Shown: one piece after another, positions 33,697 to 43,745 of the stretch | How positions within the stretch are numbered: position 1 is the stretch's first letter | How the letters are laid out: every line of letters begins with the position of its first letter | Origin: an uncultured Verrucomicrobiae bacterium | GTDB taxonomy: Bacteria; Verrucomicrobiota; Verrucomicrobiia; Chthoniobacterales; JAFAMB01 | Direction of reading: 5' to 3' | Length of the DNA: 64,000 nt | Assembly: GCA_963762565.1 (NCBI GenBank) | Contig: CAVXLD010000010.1 | Coordinates: 477,514-541,513, forward strand | Position numbers and translations under genes: made by a program | Notes under the pieces: model-generated | Seen by the model: the letters and a program-made list of their open reading frames with translations, nothing else | What the model was told of the DNA's origin: nothing | Databases searched by the model: none

Positions 33697-34155
33697 ATGA
33701 AATGGATCCTGCTATGCTGGTTTCTTTTCGTCCCGTTCGTGCTCAAAGCCCAAGAGGCAACCAATGACGGGAAAATCATGCTGACTGTCATCTTGCGTTA
33801 CAACGAAAACAAAACGATCGAGGACATCGACAATCACCTCGCCCAAACCGGATTCTACAAGAATTTCCCGCCAGAGGGGGTCGAGATTGTTTCCTACAAC
33901 ATCGTCATGGGGATCGGCCATATCATCACGCTGAGGCTGCCTCCTGATAAGCTGAGAGAAGTCAACGTCGCTTTCGAAAAAGGGGTCTGGAGCGCCTTCC
34001 GGACTGAATTTTATCCGACCTACGATTACGTGCACATTTTTAACGAGTTAAAGCAGAACGCACCTACCCCACAGCCCGAATCCACCACCACGCCAGCCCG
34101 TCCCACCCCCTCTCCGACTCCAACCCCCAAACGCACCGTTCATCATCGGAGTTAA
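33697..34155 (+). CDS. Hypothetical secreted protein with Pro/Thr tail
   Basis: Signal peptide, ~95-aa globular domain, PT-rich tail. Confidence 0.75.
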   Translation: MKWILLCWFLFVPFVLKAQEATNDGKIMLTVILRYNENKTIEDIDNHLAQTGFYKNFPPEGVEIVSYNIVMGIGHIITLRLPPDKLREVNVAFEKGVWSAFRTEFYPTYDYVHIFNELKQNAPTPQPESTTTPARPTPSPTPTPKRTVHHRS

Positions 34156-34157
34156 CG

Positions 34158-34250
34158 CAGGCATTTCATGCCTGGCTACCATCTTTCGTCCCTCCGGGAC
34201 ATGCCCACCGAATACAACACTCCAGCACTCCGGTACTCCAATACTCCCTT
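34158..34250. repeat. Half copy of the GTCCC family element plus octamer array (ACTCCAGC-like)
   Basis: caggcatttcatgcctggctacc..gtccctccgggac; aacactccagcactccggtactccaatactcc. Confidence 0.7.
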
Positions 34251-34361
34251 CACTCCTCACCCCTTCTGGCCCGAATTTAAGTTGACAAAGTAGAGGCAAT
34301 GGCCCAGCTTCCGAGTTCCTTCGGCCCGAGGGCCATTAACGCGAGCTGTCAGCACTGAACT

Positions 34362-34580
34362 ATGTCCAGTAATCTCCTCGAGGAAGCATCCAAAGTCATT
34401 ACAAACACCGCGGTCCTCATCAACTTGGTTTCCAAGCGGGTCCGACAGTTGACCAACGGCCAAAGGCCGTTAGTCGAAATCGGTCCTCGTATGTCCAATG
34501 CCGATATTGCACTTCAAGAGATCATCGAGCGCAAGTTAGTGCCTGACTTCACCGGCCAGAGCTCCAACGGCACTGCTTAA
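34362..34580 (+). CDS. rpoZ: RNA polymerase omega subunit
   Basis: LINLVSKRVRQL..PLV..IALQEI pattern, 72 aa. Confidence 0.85.
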   Translation: MSSNLLEEASKVITNTAVLINLVSKRVRQLTNGQRPLVEIGPRMSNADIALQEIIERKLVPDFTGQSSNGTA

Positions 34581-34597
34581 GCGATCGTCCTGCAGCT

Positions 34598-35059
34598 ATG
34601 CCAGCCGAGATCGCCTCAAATCGGCGAGCATTCCACAATTATCAGATCGTAGAGAAGATCGAAGCCGGTATCAGTCTGACTGGTACCGAGGTAAAATCGA
34701 TTCGTGCCGGCCTCGCCAATCTGAGCAACGCCTTCGCCCGGATCGAAAACCAGGAAGTTTTCCTCTACGACGCCGATATTCAGCCGTACGAACGCGCCAG
34801 TCATGAGCAGCACGACGCGAAACGGCCGCGTAAGCTCCTGCTGCACAGGGCCGAGATCGATAAGCTCTTCGAAGCCAGCGCCGTAAAAGGTCAGTCCCTC
34901 GTCGCCCTTCGCCTTTACTGGAAGGATCAGCGAGTGAAGGTCGAGATCGGTATCGGCAAAGGCAAAACCCATTCCGACAAACGGCAGGATCTTAAGGAAA
35001 AAGCTGCCAAAGAAGAAGCCCGGCGAGCCGCCGATTCCTTCAACCGCGGAAAATTCTAA
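34598..35059 (+). CDS. smpB: SsrA-binding protein
   Basis: NRRAFHNY, EAGISLTGTEVKSIR, RKLLLH, GKGK..DKR. Confidence 0.97.
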   Translation: MPAEIASNRRAFHNYQIVEKIEAGISLTGTEVKSIRAGLANLSNAFARIENQEVFLYDADIQPYERASHEQHDAKRPRKLLLHRAEIDKLFEASAVKGQSLVALRLYWKDQRVKVEIGIGKGKTHSDKRQDLKEKAAKEEARRAADSFNRGKF

Positions 35060-35639
35060 GAAATTTCACAGCAAAGGCCACAAAGGGGTAAGACAGGAAT
35101 TTTGCTGGCGCAGACAACGGCGCCGTTAACCGCCACCCCCCCAAACGCATTAGTTGCAAGTGGCTACTCTACTTTGTCCACTCCGTCCACTCTGGTCCAC
35201 TACGTCCACTTTGTTCCACGCCAACATCACGCTCAGTTCTGGGATCGGCTCAAATTGCGGACGGACGCGCTTTGCTAACCATTTACCGGCGAAATTGCTA
35301 GTTAGCTGAGCCTGTGAATAACTTGGTAATAAGTTACGAAGAACTAGCGCTCTTCGAGCACTCAAGTCCACATCGCTAGACCCGTCGGTGCCCTGCGCGA
35401 GAGCGGTCAGAGCCGCAGAAAAGCCTCAAATTCTGACCGAACGGACAGTTTGGGCAAACGGTGATGTGACAGCCGTAACGCCAAAGAGGGATCCCCGCTG
35501 AACCGGTGTTCGTTATCGTGAAGCCCGCGGAACCACTGTTTATCAGCCTCGAGAGAGGGTTGTACGGTCGCTGTTTGCATACACGTCATCTAGACAACAC
35601 ACCGTCCGCGGTTTCTATCAGCAAGGTTTAAGCCCTCGT

Positions 35640-38213
35640 TTAAGATAAACGGCTTGCCACCGGCGAAGGCGGCTCATTGGATATACGGTCGCCTCCAGAT
35701 CGCTTTTGCAGGAGCGCAAATGCAGGCACCATGAAGAAAAACGTTGTTAATAAACACAGCAACACCCCTAAAGCACAGACGATTCCCATTCCGCTCAAAG
35801 CGGGATTCTGAGCCGGAATCAGAACCGCGAAACCTGCAGAGGTAGCCAATCCGCAGATCGATAGCGGCTTAAGCACGTTTGCCAGATTTTCCTTGAGATC
35901 ACCCTCTCGGCGGCTCACAACCAGAAATTGGATGCCATAGTCGACCCCGATCGCGAGAACCAAAGGAAACGCGAGCGTGTTTAAGAGGTTGATGCTCAAA
36001 TGGAAGAGTTTGAGCGCGGCCACCAGCCCCAACATCGACAGTAACAGGGCTGAGGCGTGGATGAGCCACAAGGAAAGCCGGCGATAAACCATCCAAAGCA
36101 ACAAAAGGATCAACACGCCGACCGCGGTCGTGAAAGTCACTAATTCCCCTTTTGCCCACGGGATAAGATCCCACAAAGTATATTGCCAGCCGGTTATGAT
36201 GGCCTTCGGATCCGCTCGATGAATGAATTCACCCAGTTTTGCTTGATCTTCTGGGGACTGAAGCGGCTGTTTAGTCCGCAGCATTCCTGCTTCTGTCCGC
36301 TGATCATCCGAGAAAAAGTTGTTTATTAGAAACCACCAACTCGATTTTTCGGGAAAAATCTTGGTCCAATCGGGCAGCCCGGTGGTTGTCTGCTCCGCCT
36401 GTAATTTGTCCAACAGCACAAATACCGATTTGAACGCATCCAAGTCGAAGCCGTTCTTTTCCAGGGTATCACGGACGGTCTGATTCACCTGGTTGAAGTC
36501 GACCTCCTTCAATAGAGCCCGATTCTCGGCAATCCGTTGGGGGTTAAGTACAAAAGCTGCCGGCGTGACGGCAAACTTCAGATAGCCGGATCGCAAACCC
36601 TCCTGAAACGCCTCATCGAGACGATGCCAACGCTCGTAGAATTCCTGTTGGCCATTGGCAGTGACCAATACCTTCACCGGATCGGATTCCTGCTTTAGCT
36701 CGGTGCTCATCACTTGCAATGCGATAGAGGCGGGGATCGTCTTCGGCTGGAGCGAAAGCGGGCTGGTATCAAATTTCAGCGGTATAAAAGGTCCGAGCGC
36801 AATCACGACACCCGCCAGCAACACCGCAATGGCAACCCCAAGCAGAATTCTCGGCTCTCGAAAATTGGCCTGCACAAATTTCGTTGTTCCCAACAAGAGG
36901 AAATCAACCTTCTCGGGCGGCTTAACCGGCTTAAAGAAGAGGAACAGAAACAGAACCATGAAGAGGCCGGCCATGGTCACACCCAGCGCCACTAGCGTTC
37001 CAAGCTGCCCGAACCCCGCGCTCTTGCTGAAATTGAGTGCGAAAAAGCCGATCGCGGTCGTGCAGACCACGTAAAAAATCGCAGCGCCGATATCCCGCAC
37101 CGAACAGAAAACCGCCTTGGCGTGGCTTTCGCCGATTCTCCGTGCCTGTTGATAGCGACCAAACAATAGAAGACTGAAATCAACGCCGAGGCCCACCAGG
37201 ATCGAAAAGAAGCCAATGGCGATCACGTTGATGCTTTTGAAAATGAGCATCCCCAGCGCCAGCGAGACCAAAGCCGATAGGATAAGAGTCAAACAGATGC
37301 CGAGCAGCGGAAGAAAACGGCGAAAAGCGACATAAAACAGACCGCTGACAATGATAATGGAGAGAACCGCACTTAAAACCGCGTCGGTCTCCATGCTTTT
37401 CGAGATTTGCGCCACAAACGGAATCCGGCCGGTCGTATAGATTTTCGGCAGATACCCCTTCCATTCCTTAACCATTTGCTGCTGAAAATCGTCAATTTGG
37501 CGCATCATAGCCTGGCACCCGCGCGGGCTGGTATCGGCTTGCCGGACTACCGCTAAACCCAACTGATAAAGGTTATCTTCCGATGCTAATGACGCGCTCT
37601 GCGTCAGCGAGGAATTCGAGGCAAAAGGTCGCATCGCCCGAGCGAACAATCCCAGCGGATCCATCGTAGCCTCCATCTGGGTCCGGATAGAAAAGTCTTC
37701 GTTGATGGTGTCCCGAATCTGGGTGAGCCGCTGTTCGATTTTCGCGGGCTCCAACAACGTTAATGCGTCCTTAAACTGATCTTCAGGGAGATTTAGCAAC
37801 AGGGATGGGATCACCCCTTGGATCTCATCGATGCCCTCCTGACTCTCGATCGGAGCTTGATACATGACTCGGACCACCCACGGCTGCTTAGCCAGTTCAG
37901 TCATGAAATGGGTCCGAAAGGCGTCGACATCGTCCCCATGCCCTGATTCTCCGAGAAATCCAAACACCACTTGCCGCGAATCAGCAAACTGGCTGTTCAT
38001 GATTTTCAGCCCTTCGACCGACTCAAATTGTTGGGGCAACAAGTTGAGATAATCCGAGTCGAGATTCCGCCGCAGGACGATCGTCAAGACCGCCAGGACC
38101 CCAATCGCGATCGCCACACAGATCAGCAGCTTTATCCGATGAGCAACGGCGTGGGCAACAAAGTCATTCAGCTTACGAGTAAGGCGAGCAAATGCGTTGG
38201 CGTCAGATTTCAT
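35640..38213 (-). CDS. MMPL/RND-family membrane exporter
   Basis: Two repeats of periplasmic domain plus TM bundle, GLGVDF and AIGVDYG. Confidence 0.85.
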   Translation of the reverse strand: MKSDANAFARLTRKLNDFVAHAVAHRIKLLICVAIAIGVLAVLTIVLRRNLDSDYLNLLPQQFESVEGLKIMNSQFADSRQVVFGFLGESGHGDDVDAFRTHFMTELAKQPWVVRVMYQAPIESQEGIDEIQGVIPSLLLNLPEDQFKDALTLLEPAKIEQRLTQIRDTINEDFSIRTQMEATMDPLGLFARAMRPFASNSSLTQSASLASEDNLYQLGLAVVRQADTSPRGCQAMMRQIDDFQQQMVKEWKGYLPKIYTTGRIPFVAQISKSMETDAVLSAVLSIIIVSGLFYVAFRRFLPLLGICLTLILSALVSLALGMLIFKSINVIAIGFFSILVGLGVDFSLLLFGRYQQARRIGESHAKAVFCSVRDIGAAIFYVVCTTAIGFFALNFSKSAGFGQLGTLVALGVTMAGLFMVLFLFLFFKPVKPPEKVDFLLLGTTKFVQANFREPRILLGVAIAVLLAGVVIALGPFIPLKFDTSPLSLQPKTIPASIALQVMSTELKQESDPVKVLVTANGQQEFYERWHRLDEAFQEGLRSGYLKFAVTPAAFVLNPQRIAENRALLKEVDFNQVNQTVRDTLEKNGFDLDAFKSVFVLLDKLQAEQTTTGLPDWTKIFPEKSSWWFLINNFFSDDQRTEAGMLRTKQPLQSPEDQAKLGEFIHRADPKAIITGWQYTLWDLIPWAKGELVTFTTAVGVLILLLLWMVYRRLSLWLIHASALLLSMLGLVAALKLFHLSINLLNTLAFPLVLAIGVDYGIQFLVVSRREGDLKENLANVLKPLSICGLATSAGFAVLIPAQNPALSGMGIVCALGVLLCLLTTFFFMVPAFALLQKRSGGDRISNEPPSPVASRLS

Positions 38214-38304
38214 TAAAAGAAGGCAAAAAAACCAAAAGACCGTCATTAAACGGTCCTGAAAGAACTACGTTACGACCCCGCAGCACGCAACACCTAGGAG
38301 CCTC

Positions 38305-38541
38305 GGTCGCCACCGTGGAGCGCTGCCTCGCTTGCGAGGCCGTAAGGGGTCGCCACCCGTGGAGCGCTGCCTCGCTTGCGAGGCCGTGAGGAGCAAGGAG
38401 ACGTCGTATGGCACACCCCCTCTCGCGTCCTGCGCTCTATACCGTTCCGACAGTCCGATGCAGAGCGCAGACCGAAATAAGATATACGTTACGTAGTCCC
38501 CCTGCTTACCACGGCCTCGCAAGCGAGGCAGCGCTCCACGT
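38305..38541. repeat. REP-like cluster, CGTGGAGCGCTGCCTCGCTTGCGAGGCCGT family (2 direct + 1 inverted)
   Basis: Units 38305-38343 and 38345-38387; inverted about 38510-38540. Confidence 0.92.
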
Positions 38542-38590
38542 GTGCCCACCGCGCCGTTCCCGGCGTTCACGCTCGCTCCCGCTCGTTTTC

Positions 38591-40519
38591 TTACCGGGCC
38601 ATCAACATCGGTTGGCGCGCCAACACCCTTTCGACTGCATCCACAACTTCCGCCACCGCGATCCGGTTCATGCACCGGAAATCGATGGGACATTGTCTTA
38701 AGAAACAAGGGCTACATTCCACGTGATGCCGGATAACCGTATGCCCGGCGCCGATCGGCCCAGTTAACGCCGGCTCAGTGGAACCGAATAAGGCGATCGT
38801 CGGAACCCCAAGATGGGCTGCCAGATGCATCGTCCCCGTGTCATTGGTCAATAAAGCCCGGCAACGCCCCAGTTCCCGGATCAGTTGAGAAAGCGTGGTC
38901 TGACCGGCCAGGTTCACGGCGTTGGCGCCAATCTCAGAAGTGATTTGGTCCCCCAGTTCTCGCTCTTTAGCGGTACCGAAAATAAGCCAGCGAATTCCGT
39001 GTTGCTCAGATAGGATCCGAGCCGCTTCTCCAAAATGCGGCCATCGTTTAGCCGGCCCGTATTCAGCTCCGGGGCATAATCCCAAGGTCAATGGCTCCGG
39101 AACCCAGGCTGCGGCGGGAGGTAGCGGTTCGGAAATGTCTGCTCCAATCCGCTCGGCAATTCGGAGGTAAATTCTAGACTGATGCCTGACCGGCTGAGGC
39201 GGCGCCTGCTCCGGGATGAATTGGTTAAGAAAGAAATTACGCCAAGGCCGGCGGTAACCTACCCGCCGCGGTATTTTCGCCAGCCAAACCTCAATCCCTG
39301 ACCGGGGCGAATTGGGAAAAAGAATGGCCACGTCGAATCGATCCCTGATCTTCTTAGCGACCGCTAGCACACCCTCTTTTCGTTCGATCGGGATAACCGC
39401 ATCGACTTCCGGAATCGTTTCCCAGAATTCTACCAGATTCCGTTTCGCTAAAATCGTTACCTCTGCATCCGGCCGTCCACGTTTAATCCGGCGCACCGCC
39501 TCGGTCGACATTACCGCGTCCCCCAGCCAGTTCCCGGAGCGAATTAGGATCCGGAACCGTTTCAATTTCCCGGGGTCATCCGGTAAAAAGACACCGCGCT
39601 TATATTCCCGGAGCAGGAAACGCGGCGAAGGGATCTTCCAACGATCATGTACCCAGAACCAGTCTTGAGGATTCTCGCGAATCTTTTCTTCGAGATGGTC
39701 GTTAAGTTGCGCCGTTATCTCCTCGGTTGAAGCACCGGGCGAAAACTCTTCCAGCCTGGTTTCCAAACGCCAGCGCGCTACCCCGACTGTTCGGACCATG
39801 GCCCAGCACATTCGGGAGTGCGCCTTCCTCGCCATGATCGCCGGTAATGGCGTGGTGGAACACAACCGGCCGAAGAAGGGTACCCAAACGCCTTTATCGC
39901 CCGCATGCTGGTCCGATAACACGGTGACAAACCCGCCCTGCTTGAGAATCGCGATCCCGCGATTGAACCCCTCGCTTCGATCAAGCAATTCCACGCCGTA
40001 GAGCGCCCGGGATTTGCGAATATGCTCATCGATTAGTCGGTTACGGAGCGGTTGAAAGACAGTCGCCATTTCCGATCGCAATACCCAGTTAGGGGCCGTG
40101 AGCATGAGCTCCCAGTTACCGATGTGCGGTAGCAGAACGACGATACTACTCGTCGCTTCGATCTCGGTGTTCATCTTCTGGTAAGCACTCACATCGAAGT
40201 ATTTCCGGGCTTCTTCCCAAGGCTTCTCCATCAGGACGAACGCGCACAAAAAGTTCGCGCCTAAGGTCTGGAAATGCTTGCGAACACGTTCAGCGATCCG
40301 GTTCGATGCCCATTCCGGAAATGCTCGCTCCAAATTTCGTCGGGCCAGCCCCCGATACCCGGGCAAAATCGCCCATCCAACCAACCCGATCGCTTGCCCG
40401 ATTCTGAACGTCCAAGGTAGAGGCAGAACCAGAAAAATCGCTCCGAACCCTCGATAAAGCCAATAAACCAACCTCTCGGTGAACTTGATCCGCCGCGGCG
40501 GCTTACCTGATTTCCTCAT
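38591..40519 (-). CDS. waaF: Fusion of LpxL-type lipid A acyltransferase and heptosyltransferase II (GT9)
   Basis: N-half HIGNWE, SDQ, WFWVHDRWK; C-half NWLGDAVM, PGAEYGPAKRW, TNDTGTMHLAA. Confidence 0.85.
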   Translation of the reverse strand: MRKSGKPPRRIKFTERLVYWLYRGFGAIFLVLPLPWTFRIGQAIGLVGWAILPGYRGLARRNLERAFPEWASNRIAERVRKHFQTLGANFLCAFVLMEKPWEEARKYFDVSAYQKMNTEIEATSSIVVLLPHIGNWELMLTAPNWVLRSEMATVFQPLRNRLIDEHIRKSRALYGVELLDRSEGFNRGIAILKQGGFVTVLSDQHAGDKGVWVPFFGRLCSTTPLPAIMARKAHSRMCWAMVRTVGVARWRLETRLEEFSPGASTEEITAQLNDHLEEKIRENPQDWFWVHDRWKIPSPRFLLREYKRGVFLPDDPGKLKRFRILIRSGNWLGDAVMSTEAVRRIKRGRPDAEVTILAKRNLVEFWETIPEVDAVIPIERKEGVLAVAKKIRDRFDVAILFPNSPRSGIEVWLAKIPRRVGYRRPWRNFFLNQFIPEQAPPQPVRHQSRIYLRIAERIGADISEPLPPAAAWVPEPLTLGLCPGAEYGPAKRWPHFGEAARILSEQHGIRWLIFGTAKERELGDQITSEIGANAVNLAGQTTLSQLIRELGRCRALLTNDTGTMHLAAHLGVPTIALFGSTEPALTGPIGAGHTVIRHHVECSPCFLRQCPIDFRCMNRIAVAEVVDAVERVLARQPMLMAR

Positions 40520-40568
40520 TCGCAATAGAACAATTCATAGCAGCTCCGAAAGCATCCGGAGCTGCCAT

Positions 40569-40617
40569 AGCCTGAAATCGCCGACAAATGCATGCGCATT
40601 TGTCGGCGATTCAGGCT
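40569..40617. repeat. 49-bp near-perfect palindrome, same family as 1648-1695
   Basis: agcctgaaatcgccgacaaatgcatgcgcatttgtcggcgattcaggct. Confidence 0.85.
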
Positions 40618-41555
40618 CGGGGATGAAACTTCTTATGGATCGTCTTCAAGCGATTCTGATCCACATGCGTATAAATTTGAGTTGTCGAAATATCCGCGTG
40701 TCCGAGCAACTCTTGAATAATGCGCAAATCAGCGCCGTTACTCAGGAGATGAGTAGCAAATGAATGCCGCAACAGATGCGGATAAATCCGGGTCTCGAAT
40801 CCGCCGAGCTCGGCGATCTCTTTCACAATTTGCCACACCCGTTGAGTGGTCAATTTCTGGCCCCTCCGAGACAAGAAAATCTCGCTCCCGGTTCGCGGCT
40901 TTACCAAGCTACGCCGCTCAGTCTCGAGATAAGAACTGATCGCCTCACACGCTTTCCGCCCGATCGGCACCAACCGAGTCTTGTTCCCTTTGCCGGTAAC
41001 TCGAATGAACCGATCCTCCAGATTGATCTGTTCCAGGCGCGCACCCGTGAGCTCGCTGATCCGCAGCCCACTGCTATAAAGTAGCTCCAGCATAGCCGTA
41101 TCGCGTTTAGGGAATGGCCGCCGTTGCAAATCCACCTGGAGCAACCGTTCGATCTCCGCCTCATTCAACGTCTCCGGCAAATACCGTTCCACTCGCGGTA
41201 ACACCAACACATCCGCTGGATCATACTCAATTCGGTGGCGCGCCTTCAAAAACCTGAAAAAGATCTTCAAAGCCACCACAATGAGCTTCAAAGAAGCCGC
41301 CGCCAGCCCCCCACGCTTTCGCTCGGCCAAATAAGACGTCAGCTGCTCCGTCGTCACCTTGGAGACCGAGGTCGTTCCATTTTCAACCGAGGTCGTTTCA
41401 TTGGTAACCACCGGTTCTGGCCCCTGCCGCCCGTACCACTCCGCGAACTCCTCCAACGACCGCCGGGTAGACAACTGATAGTTCTCCGATAACCCCCGTT
41501 CCGTCGCCAAAAACAGGATAAACTCATCAATCTCGTTATCGAATGGCGTATCCAA
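40611..41555 (-). CDS. xerD: Tyrosine recombinase XerD
   Basis: LYSSGLRISE, GKGNKTR, HLLRHSFATH, LLGHADISTTQIYTH, FHPRA. Confidence 0.88.
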   Translation of the reverse strand: MDTPFDNEIDEFILFLATERGLSENYQLSTRRSLEEFAEWYGRQGPEPVVTNETTSVENGTTSVSKVTTEQLTSYLAERKRGGLAAASLKLIVVALKIFFRFLKARHRIEYDPADVLVLPRVERYLPETLNEAEIERLLQVDLQRRPFPKRDTAMLELLYSSGLRISELTGARLEQINLEDRFIRVTGKGNKTRLVPIGRKACEAISSYLETERRSLVKPRTGSEIFLSRRGQKLTTQRVWQIVKEIAELGGFETRIYPHLLRHSFATHLLSNGADLRIIQELLGHADISTTQIYTHVDQNRLKTIHKKFHPRA

Positions 41556-41586
41556 GTCCTCGGGATCTTACCACAGACCACAAACA

Positions 41587-41833
41587 AAACCGCGAATGAA
41601 CACGAATGGATGACACGAATGGACGCGAATAAAAGGCGAAGAACTTAACCGCAGCCCCGAAATTCTCCGGGGTGAAATGGACGCAGATGTACGCAGATTA
41701 AAATTCAAAAGAACCAGGAGCCGCGAGTCGCATGGTCTTTATCTGCGTCTATCTGCGTTTATTTCACCCCGGAGAATTTCGGGGCTGCGGTTGTTTCTCT
41801 GTTATTCGTGTCCATTCGTGTCAATTCGCGGTT
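41587..41833. repeat. Two-layer inverted decamer arrays (GAATGGACAC and AGATGGACGC types)
   Basis: Outer aaccgcgaat../..attcgcggtt; inner 41647-41698 / 41741-41792. Confidence 0.9.
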
Positions 41834-41878
41834 GAGATTTCCCGAATCTGCCCCATGATTACGTCTTCTTCGCAAAAC

Positions 41879-41949
41879 GCGGGCATAGCTTAATGGTAAA
41901 GCTCCAGCCTTCCAAGCTGGCTATGAGGGTTCGATTCCCTTTGCCCGCT
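41879..41949 (+). tRNA. tRNA-Gly (TCC), CCA not encoded
   Basis: GCGGGCA/TGCCCGC acceptor stem, CCAGC-CT TCC AA-GCTGG anticodon arm, GAGGGTTCGATTCCCTT T arm. Confidence 0.97.
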
Positions 41950-42161
41950 CTTACCTCGAAAGAACGGGTGCTTTTTGCTAAAAAGCCGATTTTCCTAACA
42001 CTTTTTCCTGCGTAATCCTAGATCGTTCCGCAGTGTTCCAGAATGTATCGCGCACCAAAACGAGGCTGTAACTGTCAATATGGCGTCAATGGGCTGACAA
42101 ATTAAAATTGACCCAAACGAATCTATTACGTTATCGCAATGGTGACCCCCGTGAAAAATCC

Positions 42162-43745
42162 ATGGCGGTCAACCAGACGAACATCTCAGAGAGATCATTG
42201 GTCGATCTGCCGTCGACCGCTAAGCAAGACTGGCCAGCGGTCGGCGTTGCCATACTTTTGCTTCTGGTATTTGGAGCTTTGATCCCGTTTGCGGGCACAC
42301 CACTCTCAAACCTCAATGCCTTCTTTCCGAGCTTGGATGCCATCGTTTTTGTCACCAGCTTAATCACGTCAGTTTTGCTATTTGCGCGGTTTTCAATCCT
42401 ACATTCACGCTCCCTATTGGCGCTGGCGGGCGGTTATCTCTTTGCTGCTCTGATTGCCATTCCGCATGCACTTACATTTGCGGGTGCTTTTTCCCCGACT
42501 GGGCTTCTCGGGGCGGGCATCCAAACAGGGTCGTGGCTCTATATTTTTGGGCATTTTGGTTTCGTCGTGGCTGTGCTGGCCTACGGCGTCTTTAGGGAAG
42601 AAGGGTCGAAGGCTTCAAATGCCCGGACGTTGCCTGCAATTAGTTTGACCATCGCGGGGGTACTTGCTTTGGTATGCGGTCTCGGGTGGCTAACGACCGC
42701 GGGCGCTTCGCTTCTGCCGCCCATAATTCTGGACAAATCCCATATTGGTCCGTTAGCGCATTACCTTGTCGCCCTCTTGATCGGAACTTCCGCGATTGCG
42801 CTTTTAGTGTTGTGGTTCCGCAGGCGCTCGGGGCTGGACCTATGGCTCATGGTCGCGGTTTGGGCATCAATCTTGGAGCTCATATTTAGTGGTTTGCTTG
42901 CCAACATTCGCTTCAGCCTCGGCTTTTACGCCGGTCGAATATTCTCGTTGGTTACAGCGACTATCGTCCTGATAGTTCTCCTCTCAGAGATAACGCAACT
43001 CTACGTGCGCCTAGCCCGTTCAAATGCAATGCTGCGACGCGAGCAGAACAATAGGCTCATGAATCTCGACGCGGTCACGTCTTCGATTTCACATGAAATG
43101 AAGCAACCGTTAACGGCGATCTCCCTTCACACCAAAGCCGCTATCAGATTTATGAAGAGGACGACGCCGGATTTTGAAAAAGCCCTTTTGGCTTTGAGCG
43201 ATGTCGTTGGGGACGCTGAGCGTGCGGGACAAGTATTGCAGGGCGTCCGTGCATTGTTTAGCAAAACCATTGAGGTTCGCGACGCCATAGACGTGAATGA
43301 GTTGGTGCTTGGAGCTTTACGTGTACTGCGCCAAACGATCAACGATCATGCGATTGCCACTCGCACAGCACTAGCGTCCGAACTACCGGCCCTGCAAGGC
43401 AATCGCGCGCAACTGCATGAAGTCATGATCAACCTGTTTCAAAACGCGGTGGAGGCGATGGCCACCATGGGAGACGGTAGTCGCGTGCTGACCGCGAGAA
43501 CTGCCCGAGGTAAGGGTGACACAATTGTCGTGGAAGTGGAGGACACAGGGCCGGGCATTGCATTGGAAAAGGTAGACAAGGTATTTGAGGCTTTCGTGAC
43601 GACAAAGGCTACCGGCATGGGATTGGGATTGGCCATTTGCCGTACCATTGTCTATGGTCATGGTGGTCAGCTGGCGATCTCAGCAGTTGATCCACGCGGC
43701 ACCAACGTTCGGATAGTGCTGCCGCAACGGAGTTTGGCGGACTAA
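42162..43745 (+). CDS. Sensor histidine kinase with MASE4-type membrane domain
   Basis: Multi-TM N-terminus (LTFAGAFSPTGLLGAGIQT..WLY), HEMKQP, NLFQNA, DTGPG, GMGLGL. Confidence 0.88.
   Translation: MAVNQTNISERSLVDLPSTAKQDWPAVGVAILLLLVFGALIPFAGTPLSNLNAFFPSLDAIVFVTSLITSVLLFARFSILHSRSLLALAGGYLFAALIAIPHALTFAGAFSPTGLLGAGIQTGSWLYIFGHFGFVVAVLAYGVFREEGSKASNARTLPAISLTIAGVLALVCGLGWLTTAGASLLPPIILDKSHIGPLAHYLVALLIGTSAIALLVLWFRRRSGLDLWLMVAVWASILELIFSGLLANIRFSLGFYAGRIFSLVTATIVLIVLLSEITQLYVRLARSNAMLRREQNNRLMNLDAVTSSISHEMKQPLTAISLHTKAAIRFMKRTTPDFEKALLALSDVVGDAERAGQVLQGVRALFSKTIEVRDAIDVNELVLGALRVLRQTINDHAIATRTALASELPALQGNRAQLHEVMINLFQNAVEAMATMGDGSRVLTARTARGKGDTIVVEVEDTGPGIALEKVDKVFEAFVTTKATGMGLGLAICRTIVYGHGGQLAISAVDPRGTNVRIVLPQRSLAD

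Noticed and set aside
35311..35339. dif site or oriC
   Set aside because: Poor match to the XerD arm and only one good DnaA box
35060..35640. tmRNA next to smpB, or a c-di-GMP riboswitch
   Set aside because: No tRNA-like ends or tag ending in AA; GGGCAAAC..AACGCCAAAG only loosely fits and no gene lies downstream
40611..41555. Islet integrase
   Set aside because: Sequence is XerD-like and lies on the 5' side of the tRNA
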